A stretch of DNA of 64,000 bases from assembly GCA_041640595.1 (NCBI GenBank), contig JBEPZY010000008.1:40484-104483 (forward strand), in the 5' to 3' direction. This document shows, piece by piece, positions 19,852-30,798 of the stretch (position 1 is its first letter; every line of letters starts with the position of its first letter). The DNA is from Gemmatales bacterium. Its GTDB lineage: Bacteria > Planctomycetota > Planctomycetia > Gemmatales > HRBIN36. The position numbers and the translations under genes were made by a program. The notes beneath the pieces were generated by a model that worked only from the letters and a program-made list of their open reading frames with translations, did no database searches and had not been told where the DNA came from.

Positions 19852-21072
19852 GTGGAATCGGGCGTGCACATCTTTATAAGTGCGGGCGAGCCAAGCGGCG
19901 ATTTGCACGGAAGCAATCTGGCCCGGGCGTTGCGATCCCTTCGGCCTGATGTTTCCCTGAGCGGTCTGGGCGGCCGACGCATGCACGAAAGCGGCTGCCA
20001 TTTGCTCTATCCCCTGGCCGAGGAACCAGTAATTGGATTATGGCCGGCGGTGCAACGTTTACCTTTCTTTGTTCGTTTGCTGCAACAGGTGGAGCAATGG
20101 TTCGCGCGCTCCCGACCCGACCTGGTGGTGCTGGTGGACAATCCCGGTTTCAACTGGTGGGTGGCGCGTCGCGCTCGGCAATACGGCATTCCCGTCTGGT
20201 ACTTTGTCCCGCCGCAGTTGTGGGCCTGGGGAGGCTGGCGGATACGCAAAATGCGCCGGCTGGTGGAACGGGTACTTTGTGGATTGCCGTTCGAAGCGGC
20301 ATGGTTCCGTCGTCGCGGCGTGCGAGCGGAATATATCGGTCATCCTTACTGCGATGCTCTGCACCAACAACGGTATGACGAAACTTTTCTCCAACAACAA
20401 CGGGAGCGTGGCGGCACTATCGTAGGCTTGCTACCCGGTTCCCGACGCCGCGAAGTAGAACACAACTTCCCCTCGCTGTATCGTACCGCACAACTTCTCA
20501 GCCTGGATCGGCCCGAACTTCGTTTCCTGGTGGCGTGTTATCGGCAGGAGCACGCGGATTGGATCCGGCGATACCTGCAACAACACGAGCACAACGCCGC
20601 AGTAGCAGTTTCGTCCCATGGACAAACTCGCGGGCACGCTCCGACATTGTGCGAACGGCTGGAAGTGCACGTGGGACGAACCGCGGAGATCATCCAGTTG
20701 TCGCGGGTTTGTGCCGCGGTGTCCGGATCGGTAACGCTGGAACTGCTCTATCACGCTCGCCCGGCGTGTGTCCTTTACCGCATACCGGCCTGGACGAAGT
20801 GCCTCGCTCCGATACTCCTTCGCTGTCGGTACGTCACGCTGGTCAATCTCCTGGCCGAGCGAGAATTATTTCCGGAATTCGTTCGTGTGCGTTGTCCTGC
20901 CGGGGCTATGGCTCAAACCCTGAGAAACTGGCTCGAAAACGCCGAGCGCTGGCAGGAATGTCACCAGGCACTTCTGGAATTGCGGCAACGTTTCTTTCAA
21001 CCGGGCGCCTGTCAGCGTGCTGCAAGTTTGATGCTGCAACGCTTGCAGGCCGGATATGCCGCAGCGGCGTGA
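19852..21072 (+). CDS. lpxB: Lipid-A-disaccharide synthase
   Basis: IFISAGEPSGDLHG, VDNPGFN, YFVPPQLWAWG, LPFE, IGHP, LLPGSR and SGSVTLE motifs. Confidence 0.95.
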   Translation: MESGVHIFISAGEPSGDLHGSNLARALRSLRPDVSLSGLGGRRMHESGCHLLYPLAEEPVIGLWPAVQRLPFFVRLLQQVEQWFARSRPDLVVLVDNPGFNWWVARRARQYGIPVWYFVPPQLWAWGGWRIRKMRRLVERVLCGLPFEAAWFRRRGVRAEYIGHPYCDALHQQRYDETFLQQQRERGGTIVGLLPGSRRREVEHNFPSLYRTAQLLSLDRPELRFLVACYRQEHADWIRRYLQQHEHNAAVAVSSHGQTRGHAPTLCERLEVHVGRTAEIIQLSRVCAAVSGSVTLELLYHARPACVLYRIPAWTKCLAPILLRCRYVTLVNLLAERELFPEFVRVRCPAGAMAQTLRNWLENAERWQECHQALLELRQRFFQPGACQRAASLMLQRLQAGYAAAA

Positions 21073-21191
21073 CAGACGGGTTTCGTCTGCATGTGCATAG
21101 AACCGTGTTTCATCGGCTGACGCGAAGACACCATTTGCGTGCGTAGTTTGTTCTCCAGCGTAAGGGGCTGTGCCTCTGCGATACAATTGCG

Positions 21192-24100
21192 TCAGGCGGA
21201 GCGGGCCAGTGTAACGCTGCCCGGATGCAACCGTTCCCGCAGGAACACCAGGAGATGTTCCCAGGCCGCCAGACCATCCTGACTGTGTTCGGCCAGCAAC
21301 TGCTCCAGGTCAGCCAGCAAATCCGCAATTTTGCTATAGGGCGGTTCTGCCCGACCCAGTAAACGTTCACAAATGGAACGGTACGGATTATCGGTTTCGC
21401 GTTTCCATTGCGGGCCGGCCTTGAGCCAGCTCATGGCGATGCGTCCCAGTGCCCGGAGATCGGCCAGCCGCAAATCTTCCGGCTCTTCGGTGGAATGTTC
21501 CGGGAAAAGCCAGAGCGGTTCGCCCAGTCCGCAGACTTTGAGTTCGCCGTTTTCGGTGAGCAGAAGCCGACCGGCGTGTAAATGGCCATGAGCCAGGCCC
21601 GCTTCGTGGGCTGCGTTCAGACCAGCAGCGGCCTGATGCACTAACCGCAACCAGACAGCAGGAACCGCTGCGAATTCCTGCCATTCCGGCCCGGGCACGC
21701 CGTCAATCCATTCCACCAGCACTGCCGGGCTGCCTTGCCAGTCAAACACTTCTCGGGTGCGGGCCAGATTCGGATGCTGTAACGGAACGGCACGCTGAAA
21801 TGACTCCCGATATTCTTGTCGTCTCGGTTCCTCGACCGCTGCGGAAAGATGTCGCAATAACCCTTCGCTGCCACTTTCCGGGTCGAAAACGCGATAAATG
21901 GTTTCCAGCGGCGTCAGGCGCAACCGATCCAGGATACGCAACCTGCCCGCCAGTAAGGCGTCCAGGCGGTTGGCCTCGATCATTTCCAGCTGGAAAGCGG
22001 ATAGATATTCGCCTTCCAGGAGCAGGTCACGCAGGGAACATTCACGCCGGCGAGCATCGGCAAGCAAGGCGGCTAATGTCGGGCGGTCAATTACCTCGGC
22101 GGTGAGCAGTTGTTCGGCCAGTTGCAGGTCGGCGGGCGAGGCGGTGGACAGGGAAGGCGTTTCCGAGTCCTCGGCGATGGTCAATAACTTTTTGCCGGCC
22201 AGTTCCCGCAGTTTTCGCCGATACCACGATTGCAAATCCAGCAGTTGCCGTTCCAGTTCCGACTGTTGTGCGGAGACGATGCGGCGGGCTTCGGCAAGAT
22301 GTTCGGCTTCCTGGGCGAGTCGGGAGCTGGCTTGCTGCAACTGAACCGCCTGGTGTTCCAGCTCGGCCTGTTTCTGGGCCAGTTGTGATTCATTCCGGGC
22401 CAGAGCCGACTTCCATTCCTGCACCTGGGCACGCCATTCACTAAGCTGCTGGCGAAACGCAGCAAGAGCGTGGCGATGTTCGGTCTGTGCCAACGCCAGC
22501 GCCTGTTCCTGCTGGCGTAATCGCTGGGCATACTCCTGCAATTCCTGCCAGGCACGCTCCCGAGCTGTTCGAACCTCTTTGGCATAGGCGTGCAACTCGT
22601 CCAGCTGTTCACGCAGGACATTGCGAGCTTGCGAGATTTTCTGCAACAGTTCACGTGCCTGGCCTGCCAGGATGGGTAATTGTTGTTGCCACTGGCGAAC
22701 GGCCTGCTCCCACTGGTCACGTTGCTGCTGCAATTGAGCTTGCTCGGCCTGAAGCTGTTGCTGCTGGCGGGTGAGCTCGTCGCGCTGCTGGCGTAATTCG
22801 CGGTGCTGGCGTAGCAGGTCCTCGAGCTGCTGAGCCAGAGCCTGTTCGCGCTGTTCCAGGGTGCGTTGTCGCTCGGCCAGCTCGGCCTGGGTTGCTTGCT
22901 GATGTTGTTGCCAGTTTCGCTGCTGCTCCAGCCAGGTTTGCTTCTCCTGATCGAGGCGCTGACGCTCGTCGGCCAGCTGTTGTTGCTGAGCTTGCAGCTG
23001 GCGGGTTTGCTCGGCCAGGAGTTGCTGCTGGTGCTGCCAATGCTGTTGCCGCTCAGCCAGGTCCTGTTCGCGCTGGATGAGCGTGGCATGGCGTCGGGCC
23101 AGTTGCCGCAACTGGTGTTTCAAGCGTCGCCGTTTCCAGGCATACTGGCGTGCAAGCATCCGCAGCACAATGGCGGTCTGCGTCTGGGCGACGGTATGTT
23201 CCTCGAGTTCCCATTCGGCCCGCTCCAGTCGGTTCTGCTGGTTCTGGAGTTCCTGCTGGTGTTGCCGCAGCTGCTGCTGGGCTTGTTCGAGTTCGCGGCT
23301 GCGGGTTTCGATAGCTTCCAGACGCGATTGCCAGACCGCCTGTTCCTGTTGCCAGGCCAGCTTCTCCTGTAGCAGCCGCCTGGAGGCACTGGCCAGGTTC
23401 TGCTCCTGTTCATCGAGACGCTCACGCAGAGCGAGCAATTCCTGCTCACGTTCCAGCAACTGGGCACGCAGTCGTTCGAGTCGAGTGCGGGCAGCTACGA
23501 ACAACGCCTGATGTTGTTCGAGGTGGCACTGGCGCTCATGCAACGCCTGCTCGCGTTCGTGAAGTTGTTGCTGACGCTCTTCCAGTTGCCGGCTGAGATT
23601 GTCCAGTTCGGTCTGACGCTGGGCGAGGGCATTTTCCTGTGCCCGACAAGCCTGTTCCCGTGCCGACAATTGCTGGCCCAATTCCTGAAGCTGGCGAGAG
23701 CGCTCATGGAGCTGTTGTTGCTGGTTCAGTAAATCGCTGCGCAAACGTTCGAGCTGAAGGGCGTCTTCGTGCAACCTGGCCACATCAGCGGCGAGTTGTT
23801 GTTGTTTTTCCGCCAGTTCCCGTTGCAGGGAGTCGAGCTGCTGCTGCCGGGTCTGGAGTTCCTGTTCGAGTTCGGCCTGCCATTCGGCGACCAGTCGGCG
23901 TTCCTCGTCGAGTCGTTGCTGTTGCTGGCGAAGCTGTTCGACAGCCGCCTCGTATTCCCGGTATTGCTGGGCAAAACTCTGCTGTTGCTGGCGGAACGAT
24001 TCGAGTTCGGAAGCAAGTTGCCGTTTTTCCCGCTGCACCTTGGCAGCAGCCCGGCGGACAGACTCTCGCAATGCCCGCAGATGATCACGGCGGTGCTGGT

Positions 24101-24899
24101 AAAGTGCGTCCAGTCGCTTTCGTTGCCGAAGCAATTCCTGTTCCTGCTGCTGCAAGCGTAATTGCTCGTGCTGGAGCTGTTCTTGTTGCTGGAGCAAAGT
24201 TTGCCGGTCGGCTTCCAAAGCAGCAAGGGCCTGTTGCAATCTGTCCCGGGCCTGGGTTAAATCCTGTTGCTGACGCTGCAGCTCCTCAGCTCTGCGATTC
24301 AGCTGGGCAAGCTCCTGCTCGGCTTCGTGACGCCATTGCTGCCGTTCCTGCTCGAATTGCCGCTGCTGCTCCTGCAACCATTGCACCGCTTCCAAAACGG
24401 AACGAGGCCAGACCGTCGGCACCGCCGGCAACATCTGTACAGCCTGGCCGGAAGTTTCGCCGGATGGCGTGTGCGAAACGGAAGAATCGGGTCGAACCCA
24501 TTCCGCCTCGATCATCAATGGGCCAATGCTCACCTGACAGGGCGGAACTGCGAAGAGTTGCCTGCCGTCTGGGTGATCGCCTTCGACCAGGCTGTTGGGA
24601 ACCGAATCCGTCGCGCAGTGGGGCGACCAGTCGGGGTGGAGTCGGCGTATGAGCAGCCCGGCAGATTCGGCGAGCATAACTGCGGCCAGCGCGGGAGAAC
24701 CGGACAGACGAATATCGCATTCGGCGGCGCTACCAATCAGCAAACCGCCGGGCAGGGACAATTCCAGCGTGCCGGAGTGCTGGTCGGCATAGCGCCAGCG
24801 GAGGCGCAGACGCCAGCCGAGGCTCTGCCCCGAAGGCTTGTTGCTCACTCCTGGCGAATGGATGACGCCGGCCTTCTCCGGAGCCGGCCGGTCGGCCAT
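21192..24899 (-). CDS. Degenerate FHA-like domain + very long Gln/Glu-rich coiled coil + C-terminal pseudokinase domain
   Basis: RBS aaggag before MADRP; 'LLIGSAAECDIRL'; heptad-rich central region; kinase-fold remnants LQHPNL, VLVEWIDG, GLAHGHLHAGRLLL, KVCGLG, ADLRALG. Confidence 0.8.
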   Translation of the reverse strand: MADRPAPEKAGVIHSPGVSNKPSGQSLGWRLRLRWRYADQHSGTLELSLPGGLLIGSAAECDIRLSGSPALAAVMLAESAGLLIRRLHPDWSPHCATDSVPNSLVEGDHPDGRQLFAVPPCQVSIGPLMIEAEWVRPDSSVSHTPSGETSGQAVQMLPAVPTVWPRSVLEAVQWLQEQQRQFEQERQQWRHEAEQELAQLNRRAEELQRQQQDLTQARDRLQQALAALEADRQTLLQQQEQLQHEQLRLQQQEQELLRQRKRLDALYQHRRDHLRALRESVRRAAAKVQREKRQLASELESFRQQQQSFAQQYREYEAAVEQLRQQQQRLDEERRLVAEWQAELEQELQTRQQQLDSLQRELAEKQQQLAADVARLHEDALQLERLRSDLLNQQQQLHERSRQLQELGQQLSAREQACRAQENALAQRQTELDNLSRQLEERQQQLHEREQALHERQCHLEQHQALFVAARTRLERLRAQLLEREQELLALRERLDEQEQNLASASRRLLQEKLAWQQEQAVWQSRLEAIETRSRELEQAQQQLRQHQQELQNQQNRLERAEWELEEHTVAQTQTAIVLRMLARQYAWKRRRLKHQLRQLARRHATLIQREQDLAERQQHWQHQQQLLAEQTRQLQAQQQQLADERQRLDQEKQTWLEQQRNWQQHQQATQAELAERQRTLEQREQALAQQLEDLLRQHRELRQQRDELTRQQQQLQAEQAQLQQQRDQWEQAVRQWQQQLPILAGQARELLQKISQARNVLREQLDELHAYAKEVRTARERAWQELQEYAQRLRQQEQALALAQTEHRHALAAFRQQLSEWRAQVQEWKSALARNESQLAQKQAELEHQAVQLQQASSRLAQEAEHLAEARRIVSAQQSELERQLLDLQSWYRRKLRELAGKKLLTIAEDSETPSLSTASPADLQLAEQLLTAEVIDRPTLAALLADARRRECSLRDLLLEGEYLSAFQLEMIEANRLDALLAGRLRILDRLRLTPLETIYRVFDPESGSEGLLRHLSAAVEEPRRQEYRESFQRAVPLQHPNLARTREVFDWQGSPAVLVEWIDGVPGPEWQEFAAVPAVWLRLVHQAAAGLNAAHEAGLAHGHLHAGRLLLTENGELKVCGLGEPLWLFPEHSTEEPEDLRLADLRALGRIAMSWLKAGPQWKRETDNPYRSICERLLGRAEPPYSKIADLLADLEQLLAEHSQDGLAAWEHLLVFLRERLHPGSVTLARSA

Positions 24900-25109
24900 T
24901 ACCCACTCCTTGACCGCGCGGTTAAGTTCCTGGCGAGCCAAAACGGCTTCGCCGCCGGCGGTTATAACTTCGTTTCGGAAATGCGGCAAGGCGGCTTTTG
25001 GCGAGTGTCGCCAGCCATGAACAGCGCAACGACTACCACCCAATCAGCACCGGCCAGCCGCGTATGCCGAAAACTCACCAGCGGCCGGCCGGCGATTGGG
25101 GAAGGCGTC

Positions 25110-26663
25110 TTACAAATGGTTCAGGAACACCAGCAGATCCGCCAGTTCCTGCCGGGAAAGTTCATGGGCCCGACCGTGGCGCCGCTGGAGATTATGTTTC
25201 GTGAAAACTTCTTCGAGCGTAGCCGCCCGACCATCATGAAGATACGGTGCAGTGAGACGCAAACCCCGTAGCGATGGGGTGTCGAATCGGCTTTCATAAA
25301 CGTCGCCGGTACCCACATCATGCGTCAAACCGTCCTGGTAGGTGTCGGGGCGATGGCAGCGAGCGCAGTCCGCTTTGCCGAAAAACAATGCTCGACCCCG
25401 CTGGTAGGCAGCCTGTTTTTCCGCAGGCACAGTTGCCGGCGGCGGTGGAGGCAACGAAGCGACATACGCAACAAGTGCGGAAAGTTCTTCGGCAGTCGGC
25501 TCATAACGGTGTGTAGTGCGGAGTGTGCCGGCAATACGGTCAGCCAGTGTCGGCGAACTGCCCAGCCAGCCATAGGGGGCAGTATCGCGGCAACCCCATA
25601 GCGCACGGGTATTCTTGGGATTACCGACGCCGTCACGGGGCAGATCCCAGTTGAGGCTATCCGCTCCCCCACCGGGATGGCAACTGGCGCAACTGAACTG
25701 TCCGTGCTGCGTCAGCCGCGCGGAGTGAAACAGGATTTCACCTCGTCGAATCACGTCGGGTTTCGGACCACCCAGAGCAATATGTCTCACCAGGCGCATT
25801 CCCGCCGTATCCATCACGGTCAGGGAATCGCTTAGAAAATTGCTGGCGACCAACGTTCGTCCATCTGGCGAAAGGGCCAGGCGTCGGGGATTGCTCTCGG
25901 TTGGAATGCGGGCCAGCACCAGCCAGCGAGAGGACGTAAGATCATCGCGGCGCAAGTAGGGATTCAGTCGGCTGTCAGCGGGTTCTGCGACGACACGCGA
26001 AGCCACTCGGGGGAATTGCCGCAGATCAATCACCGCTACGCAATCGCTGCCCGCCGACGCAATGTACGCTCTCTGCCCGTCGTCTGACACCACGATGTCG
26101 CTGGGATCAGCGAATCCGTGTTCCGGTTCGTCGAGCGCAGCCGTTTCCCACATGTAACCCACCTGCCCTGTCCAGCGCGTCAACCCGCTGGTGAAAACCC
26201 AGCCCTGATTGAGTTGCGTAGCCGGCAGAGAAAACCTCGGCCAGGTGTGTACCATCCAGCCGGATTCGGGCCGACCCCAGAGAGCCCGAATCGGTCCGGC
26301 TCGCGGTGGCTGCAACTGCGATACCAGCCCTCGCAATTCCTGCTGATGAACGACCGGCTCATTCGGGCGGGACTCTTCCCGGTCTGGAGGCCATTTCTCC
26401 CTGGCCAGTATCCGACCCGCCACCAGGTCCACAGTGACCGTTTCCCGCGTACCGGTCAATTCGACCTGTACCTGCGTGGCGCCCACAAACCGCACCGTCA
26501 GGGGATTCAAGTAGGCCGGTCTGCTGGAGTGAGCGGGATCGCTTGCCGCAGGCCCGGCCCCGCCGGTTGCTGCATACAGGCACACCATCCCGACGGCCAG
26601 CCAAACCGCCTTTCTGGCCACCGATCGCACAGTGCTCCGAATCAGGCATTCGCGCCGCCTCAT
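25110..26663 (-). CDS. Exported YncE-like beta-propeller fused to a di-heme cytochrome c (peroxidase-like) domain
   Basis: Two CxxCH motifs (CASCH, CARCH); FDTPSLRG and APYLHDG; beta-propeller 'LALSPDGRTLVASN'. Confidence 0.85.
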   Translation of the reverse strand: MRRRECLIRSTVRSVARKAVWLAVGMVCLYAATGGAGPAASDPAHSSRPAYLNPLTVRFVGATQVQVELTGTRETVTVDLVAGRILAREKWPPDREESRPNEPVVHQQELRGLVSQLQPPRAGPIRALWGRPESGWMVHTWPRFSLPATQLNQGWVFTSGLTRWTGQVGYMWETAALDEPEHGFADPSDIVVSDDGQRAYIASAGSDCVAVIDLRQFPRVASRVVAEPADSRLNPYLRRDDLTSSRWLVLARIPTESNPRRLALSPDGRTLVASNFLSDSLTVMDTAGMRLVRHIALGGPKPDVIRRGEILFHSARLTQHGQFSCASCHPGGGADSLNWDLPRDGVGNPKNTRALWGCRDTAPYGWLGSSPTLADRIAGTLRTTHRYEPTAEELSALVAYVASLPPPPPATVPAEKQAAYQRGRALFFGKADCARCHRPDTYQDGLTHDVGTGDVYESRFDTPSLRGLRLTAPYLHDGRAATLEEVFTKHNLQRRHGRAHELSRQELADLLVFLNHL

Positions 26664-26719
26664 GTCTGACTCTCCAACATCCGGCCGCGATGGTGCCATT
26701 GTATGGGTTGCCGATGCGT

Positions 26720-27967
26720 TTATCGAGTCGCGTCTTCGCCCCGGTATAGAGAATCGCCGACGACCGTGTAACGAACACGCAAACGGTCAGTCGCCACGTC
26801 GAAGAGGACGAAATTGGCCGGCTGCCCGACCACAAATCCCGGTACCGGCATACCGAACAGAACGCGGGGTTGTGTCACGGCCAGGGAAATGGCTTCGCTC
26901 AAGGCGATCTCACCATCCTGCCAAGCACGGAAAATACACGTATCCAGAAACGAGCACGCTCCGGCCAGCAGATTTCCTCCGCGTTCATCCACGACGACAG
27001 CGCGACCACTGGGCGTAACCTCAATCGTAGTGTTCCAGAGCTGATAGCGACCAGCAGGCAGACCGGCCAGCGGACTGGCGTCGCTGACCAGCAAACAACG
27101 TTGCGGCGTTTTGCAACGCAGGATGCATTTAATGACCGCCGCGGGCAGATGGTGACCATCGGCGATCAAACTGGCCCACAACGGATCGGCGGCCAGCTGA
27201 TCCCACAGATAGTTCGGATGTCGCGGCAAGAGTAAATCGCAGCCGTTGCCCAGGTGAGTGCATAAACGCGCCCCGGCACGAATGGCGTCGCAGATCTGCT
27301 CAGCGCTGGCCTGATGGTGTCCTAAGGCCACGATGATCCCCTGTTCGACCAGCCAGGAGATGAAATCGCATACACCAGGCCAGTGAGGAGACAACGTAAC
27401 CATGCGGATTCGACCTTCGGCTGCCTCCTGGAGACGGCGAAACTCGTCCTGGTTCGGTGGGCGAATGTGTTCGGCTGGGTGCGCGCCTCGCGGCCCCGGT
27501 GCCGGGCAAATGTAAGGCCCTTCGAGATGAAAGCCGATAACGGCCTGGCGGATTGTCTCATCCTGCTGTGCCGCCAGTGCCAGGGTTCGCAGGGCTGCGG
27601 TTAGCGTTACTTCATCGCTGGTGATGACGGTTGGGCACAGCATAGTCGTGCCGTGTTGGTGACATAGCTCTGTCACCGCCCGCACCTGCTCGATCGTCAA
27701 GTGTCGCGACGTAAAGTTGTGGCCGAGGGCACCGTTGATCTGAACGTCGCAAAAACCGGGAGCGATGTATTCCGCTTCCAGCACTGTCCCAGCGCTTTCC
27801 GCCGGCGAGGCACTGTCGGCCAGGCGAGATGCTTGCGGGAATGCGTTTTCAGCGCCCGGAGCAAGCTCGGGAAAACGTGGCCGCAACTGTGCAACTTTTC
27901 CGTCGCGCACAACGATTTCGACCGGCTGACCAGTGTCATAGCGCTTGCCGCGCAGCCTCACGCTCAT
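26720..27967 (-). CDS. nagA: N-acetylglucosamine-6-phosphate deacetylase
   Basis: PGFCDVQING, PTVIT, GFHLEGPY, GAH, THLGN, IADGHH and LVSD motifs. Confidence 0.88.
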   Translation of the reverse strand: MSVRLRGKRYDTGQPVEIVVRDGKVAQLRPRFPELAPGAENAFPQASRLADSASPAESAGTVLEAEYIAPGFCDVQINGALGHNFTSRHLTIEQVRAVTELCHQHGTTMLCPTVITSDEVTLTAALRTLALAAQQDETIRQAVIGFHLEGPYICPAPGPRGAHPAEHIRPPNQDEFRRLQEAAEGRIRMVTLSPHWPGVCDFISWLVEQGIIVALGHHQASAEQICDAIRAGARLCTHLGNGCDLLLPRHPNYLWDQLAADPLWASLIADGHHLPAAVIKCILRCKTPQRCLLVSDASPLAGLPAGRYQLWNTTIEVTPSGRAVVVDERGGNLLAGACSFLDTCIFRAWQDGEIALSEAISLAVTQPRVLFGMPVPGFVVGQPANFVLFDVATDRLRVRYTVVGDSLYRGEDATR

Positions 27968-28091
27968 AGCCCATTCCTGACAGCAGTCTTCGCCTGGTGC
28001 GAGCCAGCGCCCGTTCACGGTGACCGGCAAGTTGTCACCAGCAAACCGCCGGCATAATTACGGTTACTGGCCCGGTCGCCAGCCGATGTTC

Positions 28092-29642
28092 CTACTCCCA
28101 TTCAATAGTGGCCGGGGGCTTGCTGCTGATGTCATAGACAACGCGATTGACGCCCCTGACTTCGTTGATAATTCGGGTGGCCACGTGGGCGAGAAAATCA
28201 TGCGGCAATCGAGCCCAGTCGGCGGTCATGAAATCTTCAGTGGTCACGGCTCGCAAAGCCACGACGTTTTCGTAGGTGCGATAATCGCCCATGACGCCGA
28301 CCGATTGCACTGGTAACAACACGGCAAAAGCCTGGGCCACCTGGCGGTATAATCCGGTTTTTTTGAGTTCCTCCAGGAAAATGCTGTCCGCCTCGCGGAG
28401 AATAGCGAGCCGCTCTGCGGTCACTTCGCCCAGGCATCGCACCGCCAATCCTGGTCCGGGAAATGGGTGCCGCCAGACCAGCCGTTCTGGTAGGCCGAGT
28501 TCGATGCCCAGTTGTCGAACTTCGTCCTTGAAGAGGTCGCGCAAAGGTTCGAGAAGTTCGAAACCCAGTTCGGCAGGGAGTCCGCCGACATTGTGGTGAG
28601 TCTTAATCGTCGAAGCCGGGCTGTTCGCGTTTCCCCCGCTTTCGATCACGTCGGGGTAGATCGTGCCCTGGGCCAGGAATTTCGCCCCGGGAATGCGGCG
28701 GGCTTCTTCCTTGAAAACTTCGATGAAGACGTGGCCAATAATGCGGCGTTTTTCCTGCGGATCGGTCACACCCCGTAATGCGCCAAGGAACCGTTCCTGG
28801 GCGTTGACGATGTGCAGGTCAGCATGAAACGATTGGCCGAAAGTTTGCCGCACTGCTTCGACTTCGCCTTTGCGTAAGAGGCCGTTGTCCACGAAAATGC
28901 AGGCCACCTGGGGACCAACAGCCTTCAGCAACAAAGCCGCGGTTACCGAGGAATCCACGCCGCCGGACAACCCGCAAATAACCCGGTGAGGGCCAACGCG
29001 CTGACGCAACTGCTGCACTGTCGCTTCAATGAACGATGCCATCTGCCACAGACCCTGGCAACCGCAAATCGAATAGAGGAAATTGCGAAGAATCTGGCGA
29101 CCGTGTTCGGTATGGGCAACTTCGGGGTGAAACTGCAGGCCGTAAATCGGACGCTGACGATGGCGAACCGCAGCAATGGGACATTGCGGTGTGCTCGCCA
29201 GTGAGACGAAATCTTCGCTGACGCGCACCACTTGATCGCCGTGGCTCATCCAGACAACACTCTGTGAAGGCAGGCCCTCCAGCAACGGGTCGCTGGTTAG
29301 AAACCGACAGGGAGTTCGCCCAAACTCGCGGGTGGGTACGGGTTCGACCACGCCTCCCAGGGCCTGACACAGCAATTGCATACCGTAACAAATCCCCAGA
29401 ATCGGGATGTTCAATTGCCACAACGCCGGATCGCAACGGGGAGCATTCGGCTCGTAAACACTGGCCGGGCCACCGGAAAGAATGATGCCTTTCGGAGCCA
29501 GAGCGGCGATTTCAGCGGCAGGGGTGTCGTAGCGGACGATTTGCGAGTAAACGTGCTGCTCGCGCACACGTCGGGCGATCAGTTGTACATACTGCGAACC
29601 GAAGTCCAAAATGACCACACGTTCCCGAATCGGCTCCATCAT
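28092..29642 (-). CDS. guaA: GMP synthase (glutamine-hydrolysing)
   Basis: [43 protein letters not shown] and KPPATIEWE motifs. Confidence 0.99.
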   Translation of the reverse strand: MMEPIRERVVILDFGSQYVQLIARRVREQHVYSQIVRYDTPAAEIAALAPKGIILSGGPASVYEPNAPRCDPALWQLNIPILGICYGMQLLCQALGGVVEPVPTREFGRTPCRFLTSDPLLEGLPSQSVVWMSHGDQVVRVSEDFVSLASTPQCPIAAVRHRQRPIYGLQFHPEVAHTEHGRQILRNFLYSICGCQGLWQMASFIEATVQQLRQRVGPHRVICGLSGGVDSSVTAALLLKAVGPQVACIFVDNGLLRKGEVEAVRQTFGQSFHADLHIVNAQERFLGALRGVTDPQEKRRIIGHVFIEVFKEEARRIPGAKFLAQGTIYPDVIESGGNANSPASTIKTHHNVGGLPAELGFELLEPLRDLFKDEVRQLGIELGLPERLVWRHPFPGPGLAVRCLGEVTAERLAILREADSIFLEELKKTGLYRQVAQAFAVLLPVQSVGVMGDYRTYENVVALRAVTTEDFMTADWARLPHDFLAHVATRIINEVRGVNRVVYDISSKPPATIEWE

Positions 29643-29904
29643 ACCGGCATTTTACGCATGGGTATGGACCAGTGCGGCAAGCTTGCAACCGCTCCCGGCC
29701 GGCTTGTGTCGTAGCCAATATACATGCGGAAAGCCAGGAACAGATGCGATTATCGCCGTTCGAGCCGGCTTGCGTCGTAGCCAGCAAGCCCGGGCGTGGT
29801 TTCCAGGGTTGCACAAGCTCGCTCCGTTTACTATGATGGTACGGACACATGGAAGTTAGGAACCTGCCACGGTCGGGCACAGATTCGTGAGGGAGGTCCC
29901 GTCC

Positions 29905-30342
29905 ATGACGGCTGCATGCTCGCTGCCTGCGGAATGTGCCAGCGTCCTGGAAGAAGGGCGCAAGGAAGCGCTGCGGTACAAGTGGATCAAGAGCGAAAAA
30001 GCTGGCCGCGATCTCGGCCAGGCCGCTATTGACGAATGGTCGCGGCTGCACTGGTGGCCTCACCTGCGCCATTGCTGGTTCCTGCATCTGCAGGGGATTC
30101 GTTATTACCAGGAGTTTGACGAGCGGGATTTCGGTTTGTTGCATCGGGAGTTTACCGACCCGCAAGACCGCGAATTGTTGCGGCAAATTGTCGAACGCAT
30201 TTACTATCACGGTGCGGAGAACCTCGACATTATCCTGTGGGCGCAGGAGAACCGGGTGGATATGGAACGTGTGCATCTGATTCTGGAGCGTCTGGACATC
30301 AATACTCGCCGGCTCCGTTGCAAGTTTCCCCTGGAAGGGTGA
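29905..30342 (+). CDS. Conserved hypothetical protein (DUF4032-like 'KWIxSEKAGRDLG' motif)
   Basis: RBS ggagg before ATG 29905; motif EALRYKWIKSEKAGRDLG..AIDEW. Confidence 0.7.
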   Translation: MTAACSLPAECASVLEEGRKEALRYKWIKSEKAGRDLGQAAIDEWSRLHWWPHLRHCWFLHLQGIRYYQEFDERDFGLLHREFTDPQDRELLRQIVERIYYHGAENLDIILWAQENRVDMERVHLILERLDINTRRLRCKFPLEG

Positions 30343-30378
30343 ACTCGTCCTGGCTTCGGGCAACACACGCCAACACCC

Positions 30379-30798
30379 ATGACGTTTGAATATCAGCGCC
30401 GTGTCGAATTCGCTGACACCGACCTGGCAGGAGTAGTGCACTTCACCAAGTTTTTCCAGTACATGGAAGAGGCGGAACATGCGTTTCTGCGTTCGCGTGG
30501 ACTTTCGGTAGTGATGCGCTATGATGGCGAACAACTGGGCTGGCCACGTGTGGCAGCGGCATGTGAGTATTTCCGCCCGGCCTATTTTGAGGACGTGCTC
30601 ACCATTCGCCTGCAGCTGACCCGCATCGGCAGCAAAGCGCTGAGTTACACGGCGGAGTTTTATCGGGGTGAGGAACTGCTTGCCCGCGGTCAGGTGACGA
30701 CCTGTTGCTGCCGCATGGAAGCCAATGGTCGGATGACTGCCATCGAGCTCCCGGCCGAAATCCGTGCGAAGTTGTCCGCAAACGAATCGGCTGGTTAA
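30379..30798 (+). CDS. Acyl-CoA thioesterase (4HBT/YbgC hot-dog family)
   Basis: RVEFADTDLAGVVHF motif. Confidence 0.9.
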   Translation: MTFEYQRRVEFADTDLAGVVHFTKFFQYMEEAEHAFLRSRGLSVVMRYDGEQLGWPRVAAACEYFRPAYFEDVLTIRLQLTRIGSKALSYTAEFYRGEELLARGQVTTCCCRMEANGRMTAIELPAEIRAKLSANESAG

